A stretch of 64,000 nucleotides of DNA from an uncultured Shewanella sp. (lineage in GTDB: Bacteria; Pseudomonadota; Gammaproteobacteria; Enterobacterales; Shewanellaceae), in assembly GCF_947497935.1 (NCBI RefSeq), contig NZ_CANMIO010000017.1, forward strand, positions 14,561-78,560, read 5' to 3'. The position numbers and the translations under genes are program-made. Shown here in pieces: positions 46,161-56,258 of this stretch (its first letter is position 1; every line of letters starts with the position of its first letter). The notes under the pieces were generated by a model, which was not told the DNA's origin, ran no database searches, and saw only the letters and a list, made by a program, of their open reading frames with translations.

Positions 46161-48089
46161 ATGACAGCTTATTTCATTCAAGCTTTTATCTATTTATGCG
46201 CCGCAGTCATCGCTGTGCCCATCGCTAAACGTCTCGGTCTGGGCTCAGTGCTGGGCTACTTGATGGCAGGCGTTGTGATAGGACCCATTATTGGCCTTGT
46301 CGGCGCTGAAACCAATACACTGCAGCATTTTGCCGAATTTGGTGTAGTCATGATGCTATTCCTAGTCGGACTTGAACTTGAGCCTCGAATGCTATGGAAT
46401 ATGCGTAATAAACTTATCGGCTTAGGCGGGCTTCAGGTCGGACTATCTACCTTGGTAGTGATGGGTATCGCCCTGAGTTTCGGCTATGGCTGGACCGTCG
46501 CCCTTACGGTGGGGATGATTTTCTCTCTATCCTCAACCGCTATCGTACTGCAGACCTTCAATGAGAAGAGTCTAACCAAAACCGAAGGCGGCAAAAACGC
46601 CTTTTCGGTGCTGTTATTCCAAGATATCGCCGTGATCCCTATGCTGGCGTTTATTCCGCTCTTAGCCTTGCCTGAACTGGTCGAAAAAGCACAATCAGTC
46701 ACTCAAAGTGCAGCCGAGCACCATGAGGAGCTTTCATTAGTCGCAGGCCTGCCAGGCTGGGCATACGGTATTGTCGTGCTACTGGCCATCGCCAGTGTTG
46801 TGGTAGGCGGACACTATTTAAGTCGGCCACTTTTTCGCTACGTTGCCAGTTCTGGGCTTAGAGAGATCTTTACCGCCACCGCGCTTATGCTCGTTATCGG
46901 TATTGCCGCGCTTATGAGCCTCGTCGGCCTGTCTCCGGCGCTGGGTACTTTCCTTGCCGGCGTTGTTTTAGCAAACAGTGAATTTAGACACGAGCTTGAG
47001 TCCAATATTGAGCCTTTCAAGGGCTTATTGCTCGGGCTATTTTTTATTACCGTTGGCGCAGGGATCAACTTCGATGTGCTGATCAGTAATATCGGCCCCG
47101 TGATGGCGATGACTGCTGGGGTGATCTTGATTAAGGCCTTAGTATTACTGGTACTGGCCTTTATTTTTAAGATCAGAGGCAGTGACCGCTGGCTGTTTGC
47201 TCTTAGCCTAGCGCAAGCTGGTGAATTTGGTTTTGTGCTCTTAAGTTACACAGTACAAAACCACGTTATTCCTACCGAGCTGGCGCAGCTACTCTCGCTA
47301 GTCGTCGCTATATCCATGTTCCTCACACCAGGTCTGTTCATCCTGTTTGATAAAGTCATATTGCCGCGCTATGAAAAAACAGAAAATACACGTGAGCCTG
47401 ACGATATCGATGAGACTGGCACTGTGATTATCGCCGGCGTCGGCCGTTTTGGTCAGATAGTTAATCGCCTGCTGGTGACTAATGGCGTTAAGACTGTGGT
47501 ATTGGACCATGAGGTTCAGCAAATCGAAAACTTGCGTAAAATCAATACCAAAAGCTATTACGGCGATGCCACTCAGCCAGATCTACTCCATACTGCCGGT
47601 ATCGAACAGGCTAAGATGCTTGTTATTGCCATTGATGACCCAGATCGAGCCGTTGGTTTAGTCGAATACATCAAGCATAGCCACCCCCATGTGATTGTGA
47701 TGGCTCGTGCCTTTGATCGACGTCATCTCTATCGTCTTCGTAATGCTGGAGCTGACTTTATGGTCAGCGAGACTTTCCATTCAGCCCTCAATTTAGGTAA
47801 GCACGCCCTGATAAGACTTGGCGTACACCCGTTTAAGGCTGAGCAACAACGTGCAACTTTCTATGAGACCGAAACGACTCATAAAGATACTCTGTATGAG
47901 GCTTGGAAGCAGTTCACCGAAGACGATAAATATCTAGTTCATTACCGCGATATGTTTATTCAGCTTGAAGAGACCCTTAGCGAGGCGATGAAGGACGAGC
48001 GTTATCGCAGCTTTTCGAAAGTAGAGCGCAGTTGGACGCCTCCTCCTAAGGAGAATCATACCGAGTTTTCTAAAGCGGAAAGCGATTAA
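46161..48089 (+). CDS. KefB/KefC-like CPA2 potassium efflux antiporter
   Basis: LGSVLGYL, AEFGVV, LSSTAIV, FRHELE, QAGEFGFV, GVGRFGQ KTN domain. Confidence 0.93.
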   Translation: MTAYFIQAFIYLCAAVIAVPIAKRLGLGSVLGYLMAGVVIGPIIGLVGAETNTLQHFAEFGVVMMLFLVGLELEPRMLWNMRNKLIGLGGLQVGLSTLVVMGIALSFGYGWTVALTVGMIFSLSSTAIVLQTFNEKSLTKTEGGKNAFSVLLFQDIAVIPMLAFIPLLALPELVEKAQSVTQSAAEHHEELSLVAGLPGWAYGIVVLLAIASVVVGGHYLSRPLFRYVASSGLREIFTATALMLVIGIAALMSLVGLSPALGTFLAGVVLANSEFRHELESNIEPFKGLLLGLFFITVGAGINFDVLISNIGPVMAMTAGVILIKALVLLVLAFIFKIRGSDRWLFALSLAQAGEFGFVLLSYTVQNHVIPTELAQLLSLVVAISMFLTPGLFILFDKVILPRYEKTENTREPDDIDETGTVIIAGVGRFGQIVNRLLVTNGVKTVVLDHEVQQIENLRKINTKSYYGDATQPDLLHTAGIEQAKMLVIAIDDPDRAVGLVEYIKHSHPHVIVMARAFDRRHLYRLRNAGADFMVSETFHSALNLGKHALIRLGVHPFKAEQQRATFYETETTHKDTLYEAWKQFTEDDKYLVHYRDMFIQLEETLSEAMKDERYRSFSKVERSWTPPPKENHTEFSKAESD

Positions 48090-48332
48090 ACAGAATAAGC
48101 CCCCATAGAAAATGGGATAGGCCACCCGCCTATGCCGTTAGCATTTTCAAGGGTTGCCACAAACAAACCAATTACTAACTTTAAGGTTTTTGAGTAAGAA
48201 GTTAGAGAGTATAGGCTTGGGAACTTGTGCCAATCTGTCATGTTGGGCAAACAGTCAAAAAAAGCCCTCGTTACCATTAGGTAGCGAGGGCTTGTTATCT
48301 TTTGTCTGGTGACAAGAATCTATCTGTGGAGA

Positions 48333-48689
48333 TTAGACTAAGTTCATCTCTTGAACTTTCTCATGTGCAATCTCAGGTGTCGTCACAACAGGCTTGGAAT
48401 GTAGATCTGCCTTTAGTTGACCTTTACGATGCTTTAGTGCCGCATCGAGTTTCTTAGCTGCGTTGGTAATCGCGGGATACATAACTGGATCATTACCAGA
48501 CGCCGAAATTCGACTTCCCTCATAATTAGTTCTAATTTCAACCTGGAATTCGCCGTGCTCTTTCGAAACGATAATATCTAAAGCGATCAGGGTTGGAAAA
48601 TGACTCTCTATCTTCGAAAACTTCTCTTGGACATGCTGCCTAACAACGTCTGTAACTTCAACGTGGTGACCAGAAAGATTTATTTTCAT
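48333..48689 (-). CDS. hpf: HPF/RaiA family ribosome hibernation factor
   Basis: MKINLSGHHVEVT...KFSKIESHF...MYPAI..AAKKLDAAL. Confidence 0.85.
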   Translation of the reverse strand: MKINLSGHHVEVTDVVRQHVQEKFSKIESHFPTLIALDIIVSKEHGEFQVEIRTNYEGSRISASGNDPVMYPAITNAAKKLDAALKHRKGQLKADLHSKPVVTTPEIAHEKVQEMNLV

Positions 48690-49194
48690 AGGTTTTCCTT
48701 TTTACAATGACTTCTTACCTAATACATTTGAGGCTTTCGCATTAAATTACAAGCTTTATTAAAAATAATTTATACAAATTTATGAGAAAATTATCCTTAA
48801 AATTTGCTGTAGCCCAGTCTATATAGGGGAAGTACACATTTTGTTGTATTGATAGTTTTAATCGAGCGACCAGTTAACTATGGTTAAAACATAAGCTAAC
48901 GATGGCATTTATAAGGATATCGAGTATTAGCAAACAGCAATCTAACCTCGTATACCTCTACTAATTTAGACAAAAAAATTTGCTTTAGCTTGATTTTTAT
49001 CACTCTTTGCTCAAATAAATTTAATTTTATTTTTACGTTTGCCTCGCATCAGACACTTACGCGTAAATTCATTCACATATCCATACTGTAACAATCAGCA
49101 AATCTTCATCTGCTTAGGGTTTCTTAGCGTGTCTTTTAAGACTTAAAGATTTGCGAGCTACATCCCAAGTTTGTAAGCTTACAAAGTAAATACG

Positions 49195-49213
49195 AATGAA
49201 AACAGTTCTCAAT
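49195..49213 (+). promoter_or_regulatory. Candidate Fur box
   Basis: AATGAAAACAGTTCTCAAT upstream of an iron-uptake-type membrane operon. Confidence 0.65.
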
Positions 49214-49275
49214 ACCCAGGTTTGATGTAGAATGCTAACACCTTCTCATGTGCTTTCTAAACTTACGTCAAATAG

Positions 49276-49587
49276 GTGTACGCCGAAGTGCAAACAATAA
49301 AGACAAACTTACTTCAAACTCTGGACTCAAACAGAGTGAAGATTGGCTACCGCGCCTTTTCAGCTATTTTTGCAGGCTACCTTTTAGCTGCCACGGTATC
49401 GAGTGTTCTAGCCTTAACGCTGCCCTTCTCCCCGATAGACAACATACTAACGGCGATGATGTTGTCATTTGCAGTCTACGCCAGTGCGGCTATATGGGCC
49501 TTTAGTGTACAGAGCCATTGGCGTGCATTGAGCGATCTTGTGTTACTTAGTGGACTTTTCTACCTGCTTACTCTGGCGATAGGTTAA
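49276..49587 (+). CDS. DUF3649-like small membrane protein
   Basis: RAFSAIFAGYLLA...LSFAVYASAAIWAF; standard partner of PepSY-TM genes. Confidence 0.75.
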   Translation: MYAEVQTIKTNLLQTLDSNRVKIGYRAFSAIFAGYLLAATVSSVLALTLPFSPIDNILTAMMLSFAVYASAAIWAFSVQSHWRALSDLVLLSGLFYLLTLAIG

Positions 49588-49590
49588 ACA

Positions 49591-51234
49591 ATGAAAGAGA
49601 CTTTTTTTCGCAGCATGACTTGGCTGCACACTTGGGTTGGCTTACTCGTATGCTGGATATTATTGTTGGTATTTTTTGCTGGCACGCTAAGTTACTACCG
49701 TTATGAGATGACGTTGTGGAGCAAGCCAGAACTGCATAAGAATGTGTTCCAGCAGTATGACGCCACTAAGGTCACCAACGAGCTCGAACGCGCTCAGCGC
49801 TATTTAGAAGAGCATGCTCCTGATGCACGAGACTGGCGAGTTAATTTCCCTACCGACCGCAAGCCCTATATGAGCTACAGCTGGCAAACACAGCCAGAGG
49901 TCGGTCAGCGTCGGGGGAAATTTATTGAGCATATTGCTAAAACTGACTCCGAAGAGCTGATCACAGAAGTACGCGAATCGAAAGGCGGGCATTTTTTCTA
50001 TCGTCTGCACTTTGACCTGCACTACCTCCCAGCTAAAGTCGCTCGTTGGATAGTCGGCTTTTGTACCATGTTTATGCTCATAGCACTTATTAGCGGCATA
50101 GTGATCCATAAGCGTATTTTTAAAGACTTTTTCAGCTTTAGACGTAACAAAGGCAGTCGCTCATGGTTAGATGCTCATAATGTCAGCTCAGTGCTTGCCC
50201 TGCCTTATCACCTGATGATCACCTACACAGGTCTTGTAACCCTGATGGTAATGTATATGCCATGGGGGGTTATTACGGCCTATGATGGCGACTTTAAAGC
50301 CTTTAGTAAGGAGTTAAGGCCAAGCAGAGTACTCGTTAAACCAGTAGGCATTGAGGCGCAAACCGTTTCTCTGAGTACTCTATTACCCGAGGTAAGAAAT
50401 ATCTGGGGCAATACTCAGATCAAACAGGTCGTTGTTAATAACCCAAGCGATCAAAATAGCCGAGTTAATTTCTACAAAGAGACCGGAGAAACTGTTACCG
50501 ACAGAAGAACAGCGATTATCTTTAACGGTACCAATGCAGAGTTACTCAGTCCCGGCATAGAGCCAGACTCGGGTGCCCATAACACTCATGACACCTTAAT
50601 AGCCTTGCATACCGGACGTTTCGCAGAGCCAATACTGCGCGTGCTATTTTTCATTAGCGGGATCTTAGGCTGCGCCATGATTACTACGGGCACTTTGCTC
50701 TGGGCAGTGAAAATTCGCCAGAAACAACAAAAGCAAATTAGCCAAGGTGCCAAAGCCAGCTTGGGCTTACGCCTAGTAGAAGGACTAAACCTGACTTTCA
50801 TTACCGGTCTGCCTTTAGCTACTGCGGCCTTCTTCTACGCCAACCGCCTGTTACCTATCGATCTGGTTAATCGTGCACAATGGGAAGTGAATACCTTCTT
50901 TATCACGCTAGCTTGTGTCGCTCTATTAGCCTGTATTAACCGTACGCTAGCCGCTTGGCGCCTTGTTATCACAGTGACGGCAACCAGCTTAATCGCTATT
51001 CCAGCCTTAAATGCATTAACCTCTAATAGCGACTTATTGAGTAATATTGCCCAAAAACAGTGGCCTTTAGTAGGGTTTGATTTAATGTGCGTATTGATTG
51101 GACTCTCGTTATTTTTCGCGAAAACGAAACTTGGTAACAAACAAGATGTCATACCCAAAAGAATCGTACGTACACGCAGCGAAAACAATCAGCTGAGAGT
51201 CGACACTTCATCAGCGATGAAAGAAGGAATATAA
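49591..51234 (+). CDS. PepSY-associated TM helix protein (iron-regulated membrane protein)
   Basis: SMTWLHTWVGL, FYRLHFDLH, DAHN..SVLALPYHLMITYTGL, LHTGRFA. Confidence 0.93.
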   Translation: MKETFFRSMTWLHTWVGLLVCWILLLVFFAGTLSYYRYEMTLWSKPELHKNVFQQYDATKVTNELERAQRYLEEHAPDARDWRVNFPTDRKPYMSYSWQTQPEVGQRRGKFIEHIAKTDSEELITEVRESKGGHFFYRLHFDLHYLPAKVARWIVGFCTMFMLIALISGIVIHKRIFKDFFSFRRNKGSRSWLDAHNVSSVLALPYHLMITYTGLVTLMVMYMPWGVITAYDGDFKAFSKELRPSRVLVKPVGIEAQTVSLSTLLPEVRNIWGNTQIKQVVVNNPSDQNSRVNFYKETGETVTDRRTAIIFNGTNAELLSPGIEPDSGAHNTHDTLIALHTGRFAEPILRVLFFISGILGCAMITTGTLLWAVKIRQKQQKQISQGAKASLGLRLVEGLNLTFITGLPLATAAFFYANRLLPIDLVNRAQWEVNTFFITLACVALLACINRTLAAWRLVITVTATSLIAIPALNALTSNSDLLSNIAQKQWPLVGFDLMCVLIGLSLFFAKTKLGNKQDVIPKRIVRTRSENNQLRVDTSSAMKEGI

Positions 51235-51564
51235 GTGGTGATTTTAAGTCTTTTAGGATTTAGCTACCTTGCATTTGGCTTATTAGCGCTGGCCATGTTT
51301 TCACACTATCGGGACACTTTTGGCAGTGCTCCTAGCCCAACACAGGCGAAAGTTTTATATATTGCAGGTTGGCTCGCCATCGCGGGTACCTTTTGGGGCT
51401 GCATAACTAGCCTCGGAGGCGCTTACGGAAGTATTTTATTCTTTGGATTACTGTCTGTTGCGGGGCTATTGGTCATTCTTACCTTGAGCTATCGTGCTAA
51501 GTTTCTGCCTTATTCCATGGCGCTTAGCACTCTACTTAGCTCAGTTTTGGTGGGCTTTAACTAA
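51235..51564 (+). CDS. DUF3325-like small membrane protein
   Basis: LALAMFSHYRD; last gene of the PepSY operon. Confidence 0.75.
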   Translation: MVILSLLGFSYLAFGLLALAMFSHYRDTFGSAPSPTQAKVLYIAGWLAIAGTFWGCITSLGGAYGSILFFGLLSVAGLLVILTLSYRAKFLPYSMALSTLLSSVLVGFN

Positions 51565-51750
51565 AAATATAGCGGCCTATTATCACTATGGTTTAGCAAA
51601 TAAAGCAGCCTTTTGCATCGCAATAAAAGCGCGCACAAAAGGCTGTTTTCTATCTGATAAGCAGGGAATGAAAGCTGACGTAAAATGATTCAGCTTACGT
51701 ACAGCTAGCTAGCGCTAAGGTGTTGACATATTTAAAACTGACTTAGAGAA

Positions 51751-52209
51751 ATGATGCTTGTTTCAAACCACAGCTCGCAACAATTGACTACGCCGTCAAA
51801 CGGCCCAAATCATAGCCAGAACATGTGCTCTCAAGCTAATCAAGAACCTAAGTTAACAGTACAGACTGATACCCTAACTCTCAGTTCTAAAGCGATAGCG
51901 TTAAGCAATCAAGACCCTATATCTCAACCTTCGCAAACACGTCCGGATCTAAGTGAACGACCCAATAATGGTGAGAAAGCCGAAGCTTATGTGCAATATA
52001 AAAAAGCAATGGTGCAGTATCAAATCTATGCTGATATGGCGAATATCGCCACTGGCAGCAACAGTGGTATCTCTCCAGCCACAGCCTACTACCTGTCTAA
52101 AAATGATGATGCTCGGGCAGCAACAGTGAACGCTAAGTCCCAACAACACCAGATTGCTAACATGCAAATCTACGTAAAAACAAGCCAAAGCTCTATGGAG
52201 GGTAATTAG
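51751..52209 (+). CDS. Hypothetical protein
   Basis: 152-aa ORF with RBS, Q/S-rich N-terminus, no recognised motif. Confidence 0.65.
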   Translation: MMLVSNHSSQQLTTPSNGPNHSQNMCSQANQEPKLTVQTDTLTLSSKAIALSNQDPISQPSQTRPDLSERPNNGEKAEAYVQYKKAMVQYQIYADMANIATGSNSGISPATAYYLSKNDDARAATVNAKSQQHQIANMQIYVKTSQSSMEGN

Positions 52210-52459
52210 CGACGCCTCCTTATTCAAGGGACTTTGACTCTGTTCTTATAGTAAAGCTTTTTCCCCCTGTAATCCCCCTCCCTAACACACAACCGTGATG
52301 CTTTTGATTAAAATCAAACTCTCGCCCTCTTTGTGCGAGTACACTTTCATTTAATTATTTTGAAGTTGCTGCAATTTAACTAGCAAATCCTAGCCAAATC
52401 GCTTAAATCTAGTCATACCCTTCAGCGCGAGTTATTCACGAATTAAATGAGTTAACCTT

Positions 52460-52903
52460 ATGAGCTTTAAGATCAACCTCTGTTGGACCGCCTCTGAGGA
52501 GCCTATAAACGATCCGCAAAAGTTTTGTCGCGATCATCAAATTACCTTTGGCAGTGGCCAACAAGTTAACGGTTCTTCCGCCCCAGAATATAGCGGTAAT
52601 CCTGAGAATGTTAATCCTGAGGAAAGTCTATTGGCAGCGCTTTCCTCTTGCCACATGTTAACCTTCCTGACAATTGCGCACCTAAAACGCCTACCCATTA
52701 TCTCTTATCAAGATAATGCCCATGCAGAGTTGGGTAAGAATGCAGAAGGAAAAATCTTTGTCAGTAAAATTGTCTTAAGTCCAAAGATTGAGTTTGCGGC
52801 AGAAATCGAACAGGAGATTATCGATAAGATCCATGAAAAGTCTCACAGTAACTGCTTTATCGCTAATAGCTTAAGCTCTGAAACAGTATTTGAGATCAAG
52901 TAA
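52460..52903 (+). CDS. OsmC/Ohr family protein
   Basis: NPEESLLAALSSCHMLTFL; HSNCFIANSL. Confidence 0.92.
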   Translation: MSFKINLCWTASEEPINDPQKFCRDHQITFGSGQQVNGSSAPEYSGNPENVNPEESLLAALSSCHMLTFLTIAHLKRLPIISYQDNAHAELGKNAEGKIFVSKIVLSPKIEFAAEIEQEIIDKIHEKSHSNCFIANSLSSETVFEIK

Positions 52904-52980
52904 TCACCTATAGAGCGATTCTTAAGGCATAAAAAAAGCTAGGTTATGACCTAGCTTTTCTATTCAGATAGTTTGGGCTG

Positions 52981-53565
52981 CTAACCATCATTCTCAACGA
53001 AGTCATCGCTAAAATCAGTTTCCCAATACTTGTATCCCTGTACGGTTGCCTGAGCCGCTGCGCCCATTAAGTTGACTTGATAGGTCTTAACACCTGAAAC
53101 ATCGACAGATTGGTTTGCCGATGCCTGATCACCGCTTCCTTCATATTCTGCACTGGCCTCAGCCTGAGCTTGACCTTCATATCCAGACTCTTTAAAGCGA
53201 GTTAACGCATCACGCTCGGTAAAGGCTTGTACAAATGCCATCTGCTTCCAACCAATACCCGCGCCTACCCCACCTGTTGCAAAACGGTAGTAAGAAAGCT
53301 TGCTGCCCTCATGTAACACACAGATCCCGCCACCTGTAGATAAGGCAAACAGATAACTATTACTACCTGTACAAACGACATAACCAACCGAACTGGAAAC
53401 AGCCGACTTAGCTGCAGGATGCTCGGTATAGATCTCTTGAAGCGCAGCTTGAGTTTCTTCTCTCGCATGCATTTTCTTCGCTTCAGGGGTATCGCCTGTT
53501 GCACAACCAACAAGCAAAACTGGTAGAGCAACTGCGGCAAACTTAAGTGTATTTAGTCGAAACAT
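52981..53565 (-). CDS. Ysc84/SYLF-like lipid-binding lipoprotein
   Basis: Lipobox LVGC; GGVGAGIG; YQVNLMGAAAQATVQGYKYW. Confidence 0.75.
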   Translation of the reverse strand: MFRLNTLKFAAVALPVLLVGCATGDTPEAKKMHAREETQAALQEIYTEHPAAKSAVSSSVGYVVCTGSNSYLFALSTGGGICVLHEGSKLSYYRFATGGVGAGIGWKQMAFVQAFTERDALTRFKESGYEGQAQAEASAEYEGSGDQASANQSVDVSGVKTYQVNLMGAAAQATVQGYKYWETDFSDDFVENDG

Positions 53566-53760
53566 AGTTTCATCCTTATCGATAAATATTGATATGTGGT
53601 CGATTCACTCTTGTAATATGTCATGATCAAAACTTTGCGCCATTTAACATATAGCATAAGAACCAAGTTATTGATTCAGTTATATATCATAATCTTGCTT
53701 AACGATTGCTGTCTTCTTCCGACATCGGCAGCAAATTCGCTCTCAAACGAGAATTCTAAT

Positions 53761-54831
53761 CTAGAGACTGTTGCGCTTTTTTAGAAACTTCCAGTCTCTA
53801 GACTCTAAAAAGAAAGAGGCAAAAATCATGTAAACGCCCACTAAAAATAGTTGCAAGATCCTAAGGTAAAAATTCACCGCAACATCTTTATCGGTCGATG
53901 ATGCCGTTGAGCCCACAACCACAAGTAGGGCAGATAGAATCCCCGCATAGAGAGGCGCTTTTGCCGGTTCGGCATAGATTTTTTGGCCGAAGAACAAGGC
54001 TGCTAACATCGACATGCCAATATAAAATTGGATCTCTGGCACTATGGTTAATAAGTTATAAAACACAACGGCTAACGCGCCGCCAATTCCATTAGTCACC
54101 AGTAAAAACAGACTCACCTTAATACTTTTCGCCCCTGCCGCTTGCAAGGATAAGATAGCGATAAAGATCATGGTCAGCAGCGCACCTGAGATCTCAAGAA
54201 AATAAAAAAAACAGATCACGGGAAAAGCGATAATTAGTGCGCGAAATGCCTCATGGGTTCGCTCATCATGGCTCTGTTCGGCGCTGGCTATCAGCTCTTT
54301 TTTAGGGGAGAGATCCGGCAGCAAGGCGTGCAGTAATGCAAATATGACGACAGCCACTACACCTGAAAAGCTCAGGCCCACACCCACCAGTATCGCAGCG
54401 CCAGGCTGCAATAGGCTTAGGTAAGGTAGCAGCAGGGTTGCCACAATAAAGATGGTAGCGAAGAAGTTCCACTTAGGATCGCTAAACAGGTAATAGCCCC
54501 ATAACATCATCATTGCGAGCAAGGGCAATAACACCATAGGGTAATGAGTCGGGCCGAAACTTACCACCCAAGCTAAGCCAATCGTACAGATCATGGAGAT
54601 CAGCAACTCATACACTGTCTGCATTGTCGGCTCTTGCCTATCAACCAAAAATTTAGCCACAAAAACCGGTACGATAAAGGCGAGCGGCCAGGCCCAAATT
54701 GCTGACACGGCAACCGCTAAGCCTATCCCGAGGGTAAAACGCAGTACCCTACGAGTATAAATGGCCTCCTCAGTCACATTTTGGTTATTTGCTGAAGCAA
54801 TCGAGCTCTGCTGTTGATTGCTATCTGACAT
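53761..54831 (-). CDS. DUF2955-like inner membrane protein (efflux partner)
   Basis: Multi-TM; RRVLRFTLG; overlaps the HlyD-family gene. Confidence 0.75.
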   Translation of the reverse strand: MSDSNQQQSSIASANNQNVTEEAIYTRRVLRFTLGIGLAVAVSAIWAWPLAFIVPVFVAKFLVDRQEPTMQTVYELLISMICTIGLAWVVSFGPTHYPMVLLPLLAMMMLWGYYLFSDPKWNFFATIFIVATLLLPYLSLLQPGAAILVGVGLSFSGVVAVVIFALLHALLPDLSPKKELIASAEQSHDERTHEAFRALIIAFPVICFFYFLEISGALLTMIFIAILSLQAAGAKSIKVSLFLLVTNGIGGALAVVFYNLLTIVPEIQFYIGMSMLAALFFGQKIYAEPAKAPLYAGILSALLVVVGSTASSTDKDVAVNFYLRILQLFLVGVYMIFASFFLESRDWKFLKKRNSL

Positions 54832-55966
54832 AAGAGAACCAGCTTACTAGGCGGATCCAGAATTTACCAAAAAGATTGATGATACTGCTGTCACTGGTGT
54901 AGACGATCACATCGGCTTGACCGCCGACTCGTCTTAAGCCAACAGCTTCATCTGCAGGCAATACAATAGTGACAGGGAAACGCTGAGATTGACGTAACCA
55001 GCCCGTTTGGCCAGTCACTTGTGCTAATTTTCCCGTCTGCTCACTCTGGCCCCAGTCGATACCGTAATCTATACTTCCTACCGTCGCTTGAAAGACCTCT
55101 CCAGGTGCGTAATCTAGGGCAAACTCAACTTTGTCACCTGGCTGCATATTACCTAAGCTGTTTTCCCTAAAGTAAGCTTCAATCCATACATCTTCCGACG
55201 AGATAAAAGTCATCACAGGTTGACCTGCACTGGCGTAAATCCCCTCTTTTAATCGAAAGTTTGACGCGACGCCATTGGTGGGAGCCGTAATGGAAGTTCG
55301 GGTTAGATCAAGCTGAGCTTTTTCTAGACTCAATAAAGCCGATTTTACATTGGTATTATTCTCACCTTCGGCGCCTAAGCGTTCCTGAGCTTTGGCTAAA
55401 TCGGCTTTAGCACTGGCCACACCGGCTTCAGCCTTAGTTAACTCGGCTCTGGCATTATCGGCATCGGCCTGTGACATCACCGCTTTATCAACCATGGCAA
55501 AAATACGCTTGGATTGAACTTGAGCATTGGTTAAATTGGCCTGAGCATTGGTGACCTTAGCTTGAGCAGCTGCCACATTGGCGGTTTGGGCACCGACATT
55601 TTGTCCAGCCTTTTTGAGCGATTGCTCGGCTTGATGCAGTGCGATTTCATAATCATGAGGGTTAATCTTGGCAAGCACATCACCTTGTTTTATTAAGGTG
55701 TTAGGCTCAACTAAGATATCAATTATCTCGCCTGAGACCTGAGGGCTGATCGGTACCACATAGCCTCGAATGCGACCCAGATCCGTTGAGGGGATAAATC
55801 TGTCAGCAATAAGATGAAAAACGAATAGAAAACTAACAACGATTAAGATGATATTCGTGGCTTTACGAATTTTATTGCTCTTCTTGCTCTCGGTTTGCTC
55901 GGGCTCATTACTCTGCTCACTCTTCGTAACACCCTCGTTCGCAGTCACACCCTTGTCTTCAGTCAT
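54821..55966 (-). CDS. HlyD/EmrA family membrane fusion protein
   Basis: ISPQVSGEI, KQGDVL, APTNG, WIEAYFRE, QRFPV. Confidence 0.93.
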   Translation of the reverse strand: MTEDKGVTANEGVTKSEQSNEPEQTESKKSNKIRKATNIILIVVSFLFVFHLIADRFIPSTDLGRIRGYVVPISPQVSGEIIDILVEPNTLIKQGDVLAKINPHDYEIALHQAEQSLKKAGQNVGAQTANVAAAQAKVTNAQANLTNAQVQSKRIFAMVDKAVMSQADADNARAELTKAEAGVASAKADLAKAQERLGAEGENNTNVKSALLSLEKAQLDLTRTSITAPTNGVASNFRLKEGIYASAGQPVMTFISSEDVWIEAYFRENSLGNMQPGDKVEFALDYAPGEVFQATVGSIDYGIDWGQSEQTGKLAQVTGQTGWLRQSQRFPVTIVLPADEAVGLRRVGGQADVIVYTSDSSIINLFGKFWIRLVSWFSYVR

Positions 55967-56258
55967 ACTTATCCCTTTAGTAACCGAGCTATTTTTTAAT
56001 CAGTTTAGTGTCTTAAACAGTTAACATTCAATACTTTTATCAAATTAATTTACAAACAATACATTAATAAAAGGACTTAAAATGATAGCTGAATAAGGTC
56101 GACTGCAATAATTGGTCAGTAGGGGCTTTGCCGGAAAGTTTTATTGAAATAAGTACGAAAAAAGGCGTTATTAACTCGGAAACCGCTTAGTCTATAACGC
56201 CCTATAACTATCACTTTGCGCCAATTTCTATAGGATTAAAAATTGGCGCTCAATGCCG

